NCBI GenBank assembly: GCA_963698365.1
Contig: CAVOQM010000015.1
Location: 9,586 to 73,585 of the forward strand
Direction: 5' to 3'
Source of the DNA: an uncultured Alphaproteobacteria bacterium
GTDB taxonomy: Bacteria > Pseudomonadota > Alphaproteobacteria > Rhizobiales > Stappiaceae
DNA: 64,000 bases
Shown here: positions 22,752-33,697 of the stretch, piece by piece
How positions within the stretch are numbered: position 1 is the first letter of the stretch
Layout: each line of letters opens with the position of its first letter
The notes under the pieces: generated by a model
Told to the model about the DNA's origin: nothing
Seen by the model: only the letters and a program-made list of their open reading frames with translations
Databases searched by the model: none
Program-made: the position numbers and the translations under genes

Positions 22752-24513
22752 CTACGGGTGCGCCACCGTGAGCGGAAACAGGAGATCCATGAACCGCTCG
22801 GCCGTCGGCTGCGGCTCGTGATTGGCAAGCCCCGGGCGCTCGTTCGCTTCAATAAAAGCATAGTCGGACCTGGAAGGATCCAAAACCATGAAGTCGATGC
22901 CGGCCACAGGTATGTCGATGGCTCTCGCCGCTTTCTCTGCGGCGGCTATGAGATCGGGGTGGGTCTTGTCGGTCACGTCATGAATGGTCCCGCCGGTGTG
23001 GAGATTGGCCGTGCGGCGGACTTCCAGCTCGACCCCCTCGGCAAGGATGCTGTCGAAGCCATAGCCCTTGTCGGCGACGCAGCGCCTGGTTTCCGCATCC
23101 ATCGGGATTTCGGACTCGCCCCCGGTCGCCGCCCGGCGGCGCTTGCTTTGCATTTCGATCAAATGCGCCACCGTGCTTTTGCCGTCGCCAATGACCCTGG
23201 GCGGGCGGCGCGTCGCCACCGCAACCACCTGAAAATCGATGACGACAAGGCGCAAATCGTGTCCCGGCACCATCTCCTCGATCAGCACCCTGTCGCAGAC
23301 CTCGCGGGCAGCGGCAATCGCGCGGCGGATTTCAATATCACCCTTGAGCCCGACGGCTATGCCACGCCCCTGCTCGCCCCGGGCCGGCTTGACCACCACC
23401 GAACCCGCTCGCTTCAGGATATCCTTCCACGCTTCCTCGTCGGTGCTATCGGCCTGTTCCGGCACCTTCAATCCGGCCTTTTCGATAAAGCGGCGGGTTA
23501 CGGATTTGTCGTCGCAGATACTCATTGCGACGGCGGACGTCAGTTCGCTCAGGGATTCCCGGCAAGCGATCTGCCGTCCACCATGGCTCAAGCGGAAAAA
23601 CCCGCCTTCTGCATCCAGCACATCCACGCCGACGCCACGACGGCGCGCCTCGTCGACGATGATGCGGGCGTAAGGGTTGAGCTGTTCTTCCGGCAATTCA
23701 CCGATGAACAGCTTCTCGTTGATCGGGTTCTTCTTCTTCAGCGCAAAGACGGATATCCGCCGGAAACCCAGTTTTTCGTAGAGGCTGATCGCCTGTTCGT
23801 TGTCATGCAGGACCGAAAGGTCGATATAGGCCGACCCCCGCGCCTGAAAGAGATCGGCCAGGCGGCGCACCAGCGCGGTGCCGGTGCCGGCGCGGGCCGC
23901 CTCGCCATCGACCGCCAGGCACCACAGCGATGAACCGCGTTCGGGATCGCCGAATGCGCGCTCATGATCGATGCCGGTAACGGTGCCGACGATTTCGCCC
24001 GTCGAACTCGAGTTCCGCCACGAAGAAAGTCATCACCCGGCTGTCCCGCCGGTTCCAGAAGAACTCCGGTGCAACCGGCGCCATACCGCGCTTCAGATAC
24101 AACCGATTTACCGCCTCCGCATCCGCCTGGGTGCAAAGCCTGCGGATGATGACGCCCTCCACCGGTTTGTGCTCGGGGCGATAGGTGGCAAGATCCAGCC
24201 GGTAGGTATGGGAGGGATCGAGAAACAGTTGCTGCGGCGCCTTCGCCAGCGCCACATGCGGATCTCGAATGTAGAAGGCGATATCGCGCTCGCCCGGTGT
24301 TTCGGCGCGAAGCGTCTTGGCGATTTCCTCCGCGCTTTCGAAGGTCTGGCCAAACAGCAGCCTGCCCCAGCCGACTTCCAGCGCGAAATTGCCCGGTAGC
24401 GCCTCATCGGCGCGGTTCTTGCCGATAGGCGGATTAAGGCTCTGGTTCCGCATTCTCTTCAGCCGATAGGCATAGACCTGCGGATCGTGACGTTTGGCAT
24501 GGTGCGACGACAT
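22752..24513 (-). CDS. ngg: N-acetylglutaminylglutamine synthetase (GNAT + ATP-grasp); apparent frameshift near 24005
   Basis: VGWGRLLFGQTF, LFLDPSHTYRL, then LWCLAVD, KNPINEKL, EANERPGLANHEPQPTAERF; one extra base splits the ORF. Confidence 0.9.
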
Positions 24514-24524
24514 GGACGCCTCCG

Positions 24525-26297
24525 TCAAAGAGCGTGGGACTGGAGCCAAAGCTCCAGCAGCGCGCATTGCCACAGCTCCGATCCCTGTAGTGGCGTGATA
24601 TGAGATTGCGGAGCTTCAAACAGCATGTCGAGATAATCAGGCCGGAATATGCCGCGCTCCCGCGCTTTCCTGGAGGTAAGCGCATCGCGCGCCATCTCCA
24701 GATAGGGGCCGTCGAGATATTTGAGCGCCGGTACCGGGAAATAGCCCTTCGGCCGGTCGATCACCTCATTGGGCACGACACGGCGGGCAACCGCCTTCAA
24801 CACTCCCTTGCCGCCATCCGCCAGCTTGTGGCGCGCCGGAATTTTCGCCGCCAGTTCAACAAGTTCATGATCGAGGAAAGGCACGCGCGCCTCCAGCCCC
24901 CAAGCCATGGTCATATTGTCGACCCGCTTTACCGGATCATCGGCAAGCATGATCTGGGTATCGAGGCGAAGCGCCTTGTCGACCGGATCGCTCGCTCCTG
25001 GCTGCGCGAAATGACCGGCGACAAAATCGCGGCTCACGTCTTCGCCAAGCCATTGCGGCTGCAGGTGGCGCGCCATCTTCTGCTGATCGCGGTCGAAAAA
25101 GCTCGCCGCATAGTCGTCGAGCGGCCGGTTGGAGCCGGCAAGCTTCGGATACCAGTGATAGCCGGCAAAGACCTCGTCGGCGCCCTGGCCCGACTGCACC
25201 ACCTTCACGTGTTTGGAAACCTCGCGCGACAGCAGGAAGAAGCCGACATTATCGTAGGAGACCATCGGTTCCGATTGCGCCGCTATCGTCTGCGGCAGTG
25301 CCGCCATGAGATCGGCGGAAGGCACGAAGATCTTAGCGTGATCGGTGCCGAAACGCTCAGCCACCAGATCGGAGTAGAGGAATTCGTCGCCCTTCTCGCC
25401 CTTGGCCTCCTCAAAGCCGATGGAAAAGGTCTTCAACCCCTTCTGGCCCATGTGAGCCAGTAGCGCGACGATGAGGCTGGAATCGACCCCGCCCGACAGA
25501 AGCACGCCAACCGGGACGTCGGCGACCATCCGCCGGCGCACCGCCAGCATGAGCGCGGCCTCCAACCGGTCGGTCCATTCCTCGAAGCTGCGCTCCTCGT
25601 CAGCCGCCGTGCGGTCATAGGAGAGCGACCAATAGGCGGTGTCTTGAAAACTTCCGTCCCGCTCGACCTGGCGGATCGTCGCCGGCGGCAGCTTGCGCAC
25701 GCCATTCAGCATGGTGCGCGGCGGCGGCACCACCGCATGGAAACTCATGTAGCAATTGAGCGCGCCGAGATCGATCGACGTATCGACATCGCCTGCGGCG
25801 ACGATCGCCGGCAGGGAGGATGCGAAGCGCAGCCGCGACGCATTTTGCGAATAATAAAGCGGCTTGATGCCGAAGCGGTCGCGCGCCATGAACAACCGGC
25901 CGCTGTCGCGCTCATGAATCACATAGGCGAACATGCCCTGCAGCTTGTTCGGCGCCTCCAGCCCCCAGGCGTGATGCGCCTTGAGGATCACTTCCGTGTC
26001 GCCATGGGAGAAGAACGAGTAGCCCTTGGCTTCCAGTTCCGCCTTTAATTCCTTGTAGTTGTAGATACATCCGTTGAAGACGATGTCGAGGCCGAGCGCC
26101 GGATCGCTCATCGGCTGCTGGGCATGATCGGTGAGATCGATGATCTTCAAGCGCCGGTGGCCGAGGCCCAGCCGTCCACGACGCAAAACGCCATCGCCAT
26201 CAGGTCCACGCGGCGCTAAAACAGCCGCCATCGTCTCCAGCGCCTCTGTAGACGCCGACGCTCCGTCAAAGGTGATTTCTCCGCAAAGTCCGCACAT
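24525..26297 (-). CDS. asnO: N-acetylglutaminylglutamine amidotransferase
   Basis: MCGLCGE Ntn start, GHRRLKIIDL, LSGGVDSS, SGQGADE, DDPVKRVDNMTMAWGLEARVPFLD. Confidence 0.92.
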   Translation of the reverse strand: MCGLCGEITFDGASASTEALETMAAVLAPRGPDGDGVLRRGRLGLGHRRLKIIDLTDHAQQPMSDPALGLDIVFNGCIYNYKELKAELEAKGYSFFSHGDTEVILKAHHAWGLEAPNKLQGMFAYVIHERDSGRLFMARDRFGIKPLYYSQNASRLRFASSLPAIVAAGDVDTSIDLGALNCYMSFHAVVPPPRTMLNGVRKLPPATIRQVERDGSFQDTAYWSLSYDRTAADEERSFEEWTDRLEAALMLAVRRRMVADVPVGVLLSGGVDSSLIVALLAHMGQKGLKTFSIGFEEAKGEKGDEFLYSDLVAERFGTDHAKIFVPSADLMAALPQTIAAQSEPMVSYDNVGFFLLSREVSKHVKVVQSGQGADEVFAGYHWYPKLAGSNRPLDDYAASFFDRDQQKMARHLQPQWLGEDVSRDFVAGHFAQPGASDPVDKALRLDTQIMLADDPVKRVDNMTMAWGLEARVPFLDHELVELAAKIPARHKLADGGKGVLKAVARRVVPNEVIDRPKGYFPVPALKYLDGPYLEMARDALTSRKARERGIFRPDYLDMLFEAPQSHITPLQGSELWQCALLELWLQSHAL

Positions 26298-26364
26298 GAA
26301 TCCATTGTCTGTTGATGAAACAAAACGGCTACGGGCGCAGCCGCGCAAGGTGTTTACAACAGAA

Positions 26365-26384
26365 ATGATTTGAGTTCAAATTAT
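26365..26384. promoter_or_regulatory. Candidate MarR (EctR/CosR-type) operator
   Basis: Near-perfect palindrome atgatttga-gt-tcaaattat between divergent asnO and marR. Confidence 0.55.
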
Positions 26385-26411
26385 GTCACATCGAACGATC
26401 AGGTTGTCTCC

Positions 26412-26930
26412 ATGTCCGACCCTAAACAGTTGAAAGCAGTTCTCACGGCGATCCGGCGCATCACGCGCGCTGTCGATATCCAGTCGAAGCAGGTGACCAA
26501 GGCCGTGGGGCTTACGGTTCCGCAGGTGGTGCTTCTTCAGGCGACCCGGGAATTGGGGCCGGTAACGTCAAAGCGGCTGGCGCAGGAAGCCAGCCTCTCG
26601 CCGGCGACCGTCGTCATCATTTTGGAGAAGCTGGAAGCCAAGGGCCTTATCGATCGCCGCCGCGACACACGCGACAGGCGCGTCGTCTTCACCAGCTTGA
26701 CGCCGGCCGGAGCCAAGGCGCTTGAGGGCGCGCCGCCACTTCTGCACGATGCCTTTTCCAGGCGCTTCAGCGCGCTTTCGCAGGCACGGCGCGGCGAGAT
26801 CATCGAAGCGCTCGGTTCGGTCGCCGACATGCTGGATCAGCCCGCGTCGAATTGGACGCATCTCATCGACGAGAACCTGCTTCTGCAAGGCGTCTCCGAA
26901 GCGATGCCCTATCCGGACGACGCCATCTGA
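26412..26930 (+). CDS. MarR family regulator, EctR/CosR-like
   Basis: VLTAIRRITRAVDIQSKQV...GLTVPQ, SLSPATV, DRRVV..LT..G. Confidence 0.88.
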   Translation: MSDPKQLKAVLTAIRRITRAVDIQSKQVTKAVGLTVPQVVLLQATRELGPVTSKRLAQEASLSPATVVIILEKLEAKGLIDRRRDTRDRRVVFTSLTPAGAKALEGAPPLLHDAFSRRFSALSQARRGEIIEALGSVADMLDQPASNWTHLIDENLLLQGVSEAMPYPDDAI

Positions 26931-26975
26931 AAAGCTGGCGACCCTGGTAAACGTCAATGAAAGAGGAAGGAATTT

Positions 26976-27051
26976 TGGTGGAGCCGAGGGGAATCGAACC
27001 CCTGACCTCTGCAGTGCGATTGCAGCGCTCTCCCATCTGAGCTACGGCCCC
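26976..27051 (-). tRNA. tRNA-Ala(CGC)
   Basis: GGGGCCGTAGCTCAG...anticodon arm ctgca-atCGCac-tgcag...GGTTCGATTC...CCA. Confidence 0.95.
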
Positions 27052-27273
27052 GCTTCTTCAAGCGTGGCGGCATTTAGGAGAGCGTCGGCCAGCCTGTCAA
27101 GTAGGCGGCGCGCTTGTGCGATACAAATCCCCGTGCTGCTTTCGACGCTGCAACGGCGAACTAAAACCTCGTTCGATTCCGAAAGACAGCAGGGGTGCTT
27201 GCGGCTTCGTGCCGCGCCCGCTACATGAAGATCAGTCTATTTCGGTCCGACGGAAGCGGGAGCCCCTCGATTC

Positions 27274-27564
27274 ATGCGTGCAATTCTCGACGTCTTCATG
27301 GTGGTCTTGAACCTCTATACCTGGGTCATCATCGCCAGCGCGATCTTTTCCTGGCTCTACGCCTTCAACGTGGTCAACCCGCGCAATCAGGTCGTATCGA
27401 TGATCGGCCAGACGCTTTATGCGCTGACGGAGCCGCTGCTCAGGCCGATCCGCAGGGTGTTACCGGCCATGGGCGGGCTGGACCTGTCGCCAATCGCGCT
27501 CCTGCTTGGCGTCTTCCTCCTGCAAAACATCATCATTCGCTATATCTATCCCAACGTCTTCTGA
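27274..27564 (+). CDS. yggT: YggT family membrane protein
   Basis: SWL..FNVVN, LTEPLLRPIRR..P.MGGLDLSPI. Confidence 0.92.
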   Translation: MRAILDVFMVVLNLYTWVIIASAIFSWLYAFNVVNPRNQVVSMIGQTLYALTEPLLRPIRRVLPAMGGLDLSPIALLLGVFLLQNIIIRYIYPNVF

Positions 27565-27570
27565 CCGGCC

Positions 27571-27900
27571 TTGAGCGATCCTGCCAATCATCCCTGGCAA
27601 GCAACCGACAGGGGCTTGCGCCTGTTTCTGCGGGTGACGCCCAGGGCCGGGCGCGACGGGATCGACGGCATCGGTACGCTTTCCGATGGACGGCTGGTGC
27701 TATTGGCGAGGGTGCGCGCCATTGCCGACAAGGGCCAGGCCAATGCGGCCGTAAGCGCGCTGGTGGCCAAACTGCTGAAGGTGCCCAAGTCCTCAGTCAC
27801 GCTGGAAAGCGGTGCGACCGCACGGCAAAAGACACTGCATGTTGACGGAGATGCGCAAGCGCTTGCCGCATGTCTGACAGACATTACGCGCGCGAAGTGA
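27571..27900 (+). CDS. DUF167 (YggU) family protein
   Basis: LRVTPRA, G.ANAA, SGATARQK. Confidence 0.85.
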   Translation: MSDPANHPWQATDRGLRLFLRVTPRAGRDGIDGIGTLSDGRLVLLARVRAIADKGQANAAVSALVAKLLKVPKSSVTLESGATARQKTLHVDGDAQALAACLTDITRAK

Positions 27901-27957
27901 GTAAGCTCCGGATCGATACAGTCAAACCCGCCGCAGGTCTCGCCGCAAGAGGACATT

Positions 27958-28851
27958 ATGCAAGCCAAGATAATCGACGGAAAAGCCCGCGCCGCAAGCC
28001 TGCGCGATACAGTCGCCAAAGCCGTCGAGACACTTAAGGCGGATCATGACCTCACCCCCGGCCTTGCCGTCGTGCTGGTCGGCGAGGATCCGGCAAGCCA
28101 GGTCTACGTTGGCAGCAAGGTCAAGCTCACGAAAGAATGCGGCATGCGCTCCATTGAGCACCGCCTGCCGGCCGATACCCCGCAAACCGTGCTTCTCGAT
28201 CTTGTCGCCAGTCTCAACGCCGACCCCGATGTCGACGGCATTTTGGTGCAAATGCCGTTGCCCAAACATATCGACACCGACAAGGTGGTCCTTTCCATCG
28301 ACCCGGCCAAGGATGTCGACGGGCTCCACCCGGAAAACGCCGGACGGATCGTCCTCGGCAAGGCGGGGCTTGTTCCCTGTACGCCGCAGGGCTGTGTGAT
28401 CCTGGCCAAAGATGCACTTGGCGATCTTTCGGGCCTCAACGCCGTTGTCCTCGGCCGCTCGATCCTGGTTGGAAAGCCGGTTGCGCTTTTGCTGCAAAAT
28501 GAAAACTGCACCGTGACCATGGCCCATTCGCGCACAAGAGACATCGCCGCGCTTTGCCGGCAGGCCGATCTTGTCGTTGCCGCCGTCGGCCGCCCCGAAA
28601 TGGTCAAAGGCGACTGGATCAAGCCGGGCGCCACAGTCATCGACGTCGGAATAAACCGCGTCCCGGCGCCCGAAAAAGGCGAAGGCAAGACGAAACTCGT
28701 CGGCGATGTCGCCTATGACGAGGCGGTTCGTGTGGCTGGCGCGATTACACCGGTTCCAGGCGGGGTCGGGCCTATGACGATAGCCTGCCTGCTGGCCAAT
28801 ACGGTGCGTGCAGCCTGTCGCAGGCGCGGTATCGCCGAGCCGGCGTTCTAA
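27958..28851 (+). CDS. folD: Methylene-THF dehydrogenase/cyclohydrolase
   Basis: [36 protein letters not shown]. Confidence 0.97.
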   Translation: MQAKIIDGKARAASLRDTVAKAVETLKADHDLTPGLAVVLVGEDPASQVYVGSKVKLTKECGMRSIEHRLPADTPQTVLLDLVASLNADPDVDGILVQMPLPKHIDTDKVVLSIDPAKDVDGLHPENAGRIVLGKAGLVPCTPQGCVILAKDALGDLSGLNAVVLGRSILVGKPVALLLQNENCTVTMAHSRTRDIAALCRQADLVVAAVGRPEMVKGDWIKPGATVIDVGINRVPAPEKGEGKTKLVGDVAYDEAVRVAGAITPVPGGVGPMTIACLLANTVRAACRRRGIAEPAF

Positions 28852-28853
28852 AG

Positions 28854-29069
28854 TCAATCTTCGAGTTTGCGCGCCTCGTCCGGCAGCATGATCGGAATGC
28901 CGTCGCGGATCGGATAGGCAAGCTTGGCGGCGCGGGAAATCAGCTCCTGCTTTTCCGCGTCATATTCCAGCGTCGTCTTGGTCAGCGGGCATACGAGAAG
29001 CTCCAGAAGCTTGCGATCGATGATACGCTGCTTTTCCCCGCTCTTGTTTTCCCCGCTCTTGGTTTCCAT
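28854..29069 (-). CDS. Trm112 family protein
   Basis: [11 protein letters not shown]...[12 protein letters not shown]. Confidence 0.9.
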   Translation of the reverse strand: METKSGENKSGEKQRIIDRKLLELLVCPLTKTTLEYDAEKQELISRAAKLAYPIRDGIPIMLPDEARKLED

Positions 29070-29147
29070 TGTCGCCATCGTTTTCGTCCCGATTCATTGT
29101 CCTCACGCGCATCGATATCGCGGTCGGGCCTACTGAAGCCACCGGCA

Positions 29148-29828
29148 TTATTGCAATCTGGCGCCATCCTCGCCGCCACGGCGCGCCAGATGCACTTCCG
29201 TCAGCGCCACCAGCGTTTCAGCGCGGGTCCTGAGGTCCGGCGCTTCCAGCAGCATCTGTTTTTCGGCTGGCCCGTAAGGGCTCATCATGGATAGCGCATT
29301 GACGAGAACTTCAGTGCTCGCCCCGGTAATACTGGACCAATCCGCTTCCAGATCGTTTGCCGTCAAATAATCCTTGAGCGCACGCACCAATTCGTCGCGG
29401 TCGACATCGTCCTCGCCATGGCCTTCGTCAAAATCCGTGGCGAAGCGTTCCGCCGACACCGCTGCCATGCGAAACGGCGTCACCGTTTCCAGTTCCTCGA
29501 CGATCTCGAAACGCGCGATCCCCGCCAGCGTGACGAGGTAACGCTCATCGCCGGTCTCCTGGAACCCGATGATCCGGCCCGCGCATCCCACCTTGCACAA
29601 AGCAGGCTTCGCCGCCGTTTCCGCGCCGGGAATCGAGAAATCCGGCTGCACCATGCCGATGACCCGATCACCCTTCAACGCCGCATCCACCATGGCGATA
29701 TAGCGCGGCTCGAAGATATTGAGCGGCATCTGGGCCTGCGGCAGAAGCAAGGCTTCCATCAGCGGGAATATGGGAATTGTACGGGGCAGATCCCCGGACC
29801 TGTCGTAGCTGGCATTGCCCGCTTGCAT
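29148..29828 (-). CDS. LON peptidase substrate-binding domain protein
   Basis: IPIFPL, PLNIFEPRY, EKQMLLEA. Confidence 0.9.
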   Translation of the reverse strand: MQAGNASYDRSGDLPRTIPIFPLMEALLLPQAQMPLNIFEPRYIAMVDAALKGDRVIGMVQPDFSIPGAETAAKPALCKVGCAGRIIGFQETGDERYLVTLAGIARFEIVEELETVTPFRMAAVSAERFATDFDEGHGEDDVDRDELVRALKDYLTANDLEADWSSITGASTEVLVNALSMMSPYGPAEKQMLLEAPDLRTRAETLVALTEVHLARRGGEDGARLQ

Positions 29829-29909
29829 GGGCATCTCCTTGGTCGTTCCCTGATCGTTGCAGAGAGAGCCGGCGGCCGGAAACTTTCCCGCCACCCGATT
29901 CCTATACGC

Positions 29910-30908
29910 TCACGAGAACAAAACGGACGAAAGACGCCTGCGGCCATAGCCGGTCGCCGGATCCTTCGCCCCCCAGGCATCGAAGAATTGCAGCAGCTGC
30001 TTGCGCGCTTCATCGTCGTTCCATTGACGATCACGGCGTACGATTTCGATCAGATGATCGACGGCCGCCGTCTTGTCGCCTCGCGCATTGAGCGCGACCG
30101 CAAGGTCGAAGCGTGCTTGATGGTCGGAAGGGTCGCCATCCACCCGCGTTTGCAATTCAGCGAGATCGCCGAGCGATTCGGCCTGCTCGGCAATCTGGAT
30201 CGCTGCGCGCGCAGCCACAACGCTGGGATCGGAGGCCGCCGCATCGGGAATACGCTCCAGCATCTGCTTTGCGTGGCCGACATCGCCGAGCCCCAACAAG
30301 CACTGGGAAAGCCCGGCAATCGCCTTGGCGCTGTCGGGTTCCATTGCCACAACGGCGTTATAGAGCTGCGCCGCCTGGGTGAAGTCGCCGGCATCGCGCA
30401 AGGCCTCGGCTTCTTCGAGAAACTTCTCGGCCTCAGTCGGCCCGACCGGACCGGCGATGCGCTCGATGAAAGCCTTGATCTGGCTTTCCGGCTGCGCGCC
30501 CATGAAGCCATCCACCGGCTGGCCGTCCTTGAAGGCGATCACAGCCGGGATGGACTGAATGCCCATCTGACCCGCGACTTCCGGATGGTCGTCGATATTC
30601 ATCTTCGCCAGCACGACAGCGCCGCCAGCGTCATTGACCGCTTTTTCAAGCGCGGGCGTCAGCTGCCGGCAGGGCCCGCACCATGGCGCCCAGAAGTCCA
30701 CCAGTACGGGCTGCACGCGGGAGGCTTCGATCACGTCCTGCATGAAATTCGCGGTGGTCACATCCTTGACGTTGGCGCTCTTGCCGCCGGGGCCATTGCC
30801 GCCGGAGCCGTTGCCGCCGGCGCCATTCGCACCGCCGTTCAATCCGCCGGCGCTGCCACTGAGGGTACCGCCCAGCCGGCCGCTGACCGAAAAACCTTGC
30901 CCGCTCAT
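29910..30908 (-). CDS. cnoX: Thioredoxin-TPR co-chaperone CnoX/YbbN
   Basis: DFWAPWCGPC, TPR region, ARKQLLQFF...RRRLSSVLFS. Confidence 0.9.
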   Translation of the reverse strand: MSGQGFSVSGRLGGTLSGSAGGLNGGANGAGGNGSGGNGPGGKSANVKDVTTANFMQDVIEASRVQPVLVDFWAPWCGPCRQLTPALEKAVNDAGGAVVLAKMNIDDHPEVAGQMGIQSIPAVIAFKDGQPVDGFMGAQPESQIKAFIERIAGPVGPTEAEKFLEEAEALRDAGDFTQAAQLYNAVVAMEPDSAKAIAGLSQCLLGLGDVGHAKQMLERIPDAAASDPSVVAARAAIQIAEQAESLGDLAELQTRVDGDPSDHQARFDLAVALNARGDKTAAVDHLIEIVRRDRQWNDDEARKQLLQFFDAWGAKDPATGYGRRRLSSVLFS

Positions 30909-31121
30909 CCCGTTGATCCTTCAATCATTGTCTTTTTGCCAGGCTCTGGCGTCTAGAGCCGGCCAATTTTCCAACGCCTAACATGGGGCCGGGTTACGCG
31001 AAATACAAACCTTGGTCACGACGCCGCAAATTCCGAAAAAAGCCTGCGTCGATTTCGCCACCGGATTTGCGAAAACAAAAGCCGGACATTGCAGAGGTTC
31101 CGTCAAAACCCGCGCGTCAGG

Positions 31122-31631
31122 TCACCCTTCATCTTCGCTCACCGCCACCAGCAGCGGTTCGTGGCCGCACGCCTTGGCGAAGCGCAGCAGATCCTCGCTC
31201 GCAATCGCCGTGGTGGCGTTGTTTGCCAAAGGGTGACAATTGAGCAGCGGTTCGCGCATCATGGCCGCATCGAAGACAGCGGTCACCCTTTGGCTCTCCC
31301 TGTCGTTGATCAGCGCCAATGCCGTCACCGAGCCCGGGGTAACGCCGAGCGCTTCCATCAATAGATCGGCATTGCCGAAGGAAACCCGCCCCTGCCCGCC
31401 GATTTTCTGGTGGATCGTCTTCAGGTCGATGACCGTGTCATGCAGCGCCACGACCAGAAACAGCCGACCCTTCTTGTCCTTCACGAACAGATTTTTTGTG
31501 TGCCCACCGGGAAGCCGTTCGTGCAGGTCTGCCAATTCCGCGACCGTAAACACCGGCTCATGATCGTGCGTCACAGTCGAAATGCCGAGGCTATCCAGGA
31601 ATTCAAACAGGTCGGAACGGCTGGCGGGCAT
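31122..31631 (-). CDS. YbaK/ProXp-ala aminoacyl-tRNA editing domain protein
   Basis: H.PVFTV, GHTKNLFVKDKK, LGVTPGSVT, NCHPL.N. Confidence 0.9.
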   Translation of the reverse strand: MPASRSDLFEFLDSLGISTVTHDHEPVFTVAELADLHERLPGGHTKNLFVKDKKGRLFLVVALHDTVIDLKTIHQKIGGQGRVSFGNADLLMEALGVTPGSVTALALINDRESQRVTAVFDAAMMREPLLNCHPLANNATTAIASEDLLRFAKACGHEPLLVAVSEDEG

Positions 31632-31959
31632 TATGCAGTCTCTCGTCTCAGGTGAATAGTTTCGGCAGCGGCAATACAGGGAGCATGACGCTTTGTTCTT
31701 GCAAATGCCGCGCGCGATTGCCGACGGTGGATGCAAGCGACTTCCTTGTTAAGGCAGGCGCCGCGCCGCCTCAAGCCTTGATCTTCGCACCTCGATAAGG
31801 CGGCTCGAAGGATTTCAACAGCCATCCACAGCCGTTTTAACCAGATGAGCGATGGTTTGCGGAGAGGCGAAAAATCACTGTTGCAATCCGCTGCGGCTTG
31901 GTTCATATACAGCCCACCTTCGGGGCCGGCGACAACAGCGGGCCGCCGATATGGAGCGT

Positions 31960-32034
31960 GCGGGCGTAGCTCAGGGGTAGAGCACAACCTTGCCAAGGTT
32001 GGGGTCGTGGGTTCGAATCCCATCGCCCGCTCCA
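31960..32034 (+). tRNA. tRNA-Gly(GCC)
   Basis: GCGGGCGTAGCTCAG...caacc-ttGCCaa-ggttg...GGTTCGAATC...CCA. Confidence 0.96.
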
Positions 32035-32194
32035 ATTTTTTTCACAAAGCAATCTCATAAAGATCGACTGCCTGGCCGCTGATAGCGCCGGGCTGCGATG
32101 CTTTGCGCATGGCTGGCGAAATGGCTGGCAAGCCAACGCCCGGACGATGCCGGGCGTTGTCTGAGGATCGCAAAGTCAAGGTTTCCGCCGACGG

Positions 32195-32731
32195 CTAGTT
32201 CGCGCCGACCTTGCCCATCGCCAGAAGCGATTTGCCGAGGATGAAGATCGATGCGGCGAAGAGACCGATATCCTTCAGCAGAAACTGGCCGGGCGCGACC
32301 GAGATTGCCGGAAAGCCCAGATCCGCCTCGAAGACGCCGGGAGTCGACACCATGAAGCTGATCGTGGTGACGAAAAGCCCGGCAGACAAAAGCCCGCCCA
32401 GCGCCGACAGACGCGGCGAGATCACGCGAGCCGCGATCAACACGCCGATTGAAATCTCGACCACGCCCAGAAAATTGGAAAAGCCGCGTACGGAAAGAAA
32501 GTTGTACATCCATCCGATCAAGGCGCTGTTTTCCACCAGCGGCACGAGTCCTTGCGCTTCATAGGCGGTGAATTTCATGCCGCCGAACCAGAAGTAGATC
32601 ACCGCAAGGGCTGCAAAGATCCCGTAGGTGCCCGCGTCGCTCAACCTCTTGCCCAGTTCCGGCGCAAAAGCAGTGATACGGTCGAGAAAGCCCGGGGCCT
32701 GGCTCCATTGATAGGACATTGCTGTCTCCAT
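32195..32731 (-). CDS. YkgB/RclC (DUF417) inner-membrane protein
   Basis: WFGGMKFTAYEA.G..PLVENS, T.SF..STPG, GQFLLKDI. Confidence 0.88.
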   Translation of the reverse strand: METAMSYQWSQAPGFLDRITAFAPELGKRLSDAGTYGIFAALAVIYFWFGGMKFTAYEAQGLVPLVENSALIGWMYNFLSVRGFSNFLGVVEISIGVLIAARVISPRLSALGGLLSAGLFVTTISFMVSTPGVFEADLGFPAISVAPGQFLLKDIGLFAASIFILGKSLLAMGKVGAN

Positions 32732-32907
32732 TTTCTGTTTTTGAATTATAATACCAAAATTGGCTGCACGCAGGGAGGATTGTGCGCCGCAGCAATGCCT
32801 ATCATTTTAGTACGCCAGTACAAGAACCAGGAGCATCACACATGCGTGAATCCGACCCGGCGCAGCAACGCGCTAGGGTGGGGAAAAAATAATGGGCGGG
32901 AGGAAAT

Positions 32908-33498
32908 ATGGGGCGGCCAAGGCAGTTCGACGAGGAAGAACTTCTGGACAAGGTAACGGAAGTTTTCTGGCGAAAAGGTTTCCATAGCGCATCGACAAGC
33001 GACCTGGAAGCGGCAACGGGATTGATGCGGGGCAGCCTCTACAATGCCTTCACCGACAAACGGGGACTTTATCTCGCAGCGCTTGATCACTACGCGAAAA
33101 AGGAGATGGGCGGCGCAGTCACGCTCATCAACAAACACAAGCCGGCGGCAAAAGCCGTTGCGGCGCTGCTTAAGCGGGTGATCGAACAAGCGGGCCCGCA
33201 AGGCGCCAGGCGAGGCTGCCTGATCTGCGACGCGGCGGTTGATCTTGCGCCGCGCGACGAGGAAATAGGCAGCAAGGTTCGTGCGGCCTTCGACCCGATC
33301 CGTAATGCGCTGGTGCGTCTGTTTCAGGCGGAAGAGCCTCCGATCGCGCTGAAGGAGGCAACACGCCGCGCCGATCATGTGGCCGCGACCTATCTCGGGC
33401 TCAGGGTCTTCGCCAAGGCAGGGTATCCGGCGACTGCCTTGCGCAATATCGCCAGCCAGGCCGTCCTTGACGTCACCGCCACCCAATCGGAGAAATAA
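32908..33498 (+). CDS. TetR family regulator (NemR/ComR-like)
   Basis: MGRPRQFD, FW.KG, RGSLYNAF.DK, GCL.C. Confidence 0.9.
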   Translation: MGRPRQFDEEELLDKVTEVFWRKGFHSASTSDLEAATGLMRGSLYNAFTDKRGLYLAALDHYAKKEMGGAVTLINKHKPAAKAVAALLKRVIEQAGPQGARRGCLICDAAVDLAPRDEEIGSKVRAAFDPIRNALVRLFQAEEPPIALKEATRRADHVAATYLGLRVFAKAGYPATALRNIASQAVLDVTATQSEK

Positions 33499-33636
33499 CG
33501 CCGGAACGGCGACCTCGATTTAGCGTCCGGCGAACCGCTTCCTGTCGCTCGAATACTTCGAATATGACGAAGCCGGGACAGGCTGCCCCGAATGACCTGG
33601 ACTGGTCATCGGGCTATCCCAAAAAGTGAATTGAAA

Positions 33637-33675
33637 CAAAAAAGGCCGCCCGGTCGCAATGGACCGGACGGCCTT
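33637..33675 (-). terminator. Intrinsic terminator of YHS gene
   Basis: A-run followed by ggccgcccggtc...gaccggacggcc hairpin. Confidence 0.7.
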
Positions 33676-33697
33676 CGTCAATAGCGCTTTTAAAGAA

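Noticed and set aside
30781-30860. Gly/Asn-rich short repeats at the cnoX 5' end
   Set aside because: Ordinary low-complexity N-terminal linker
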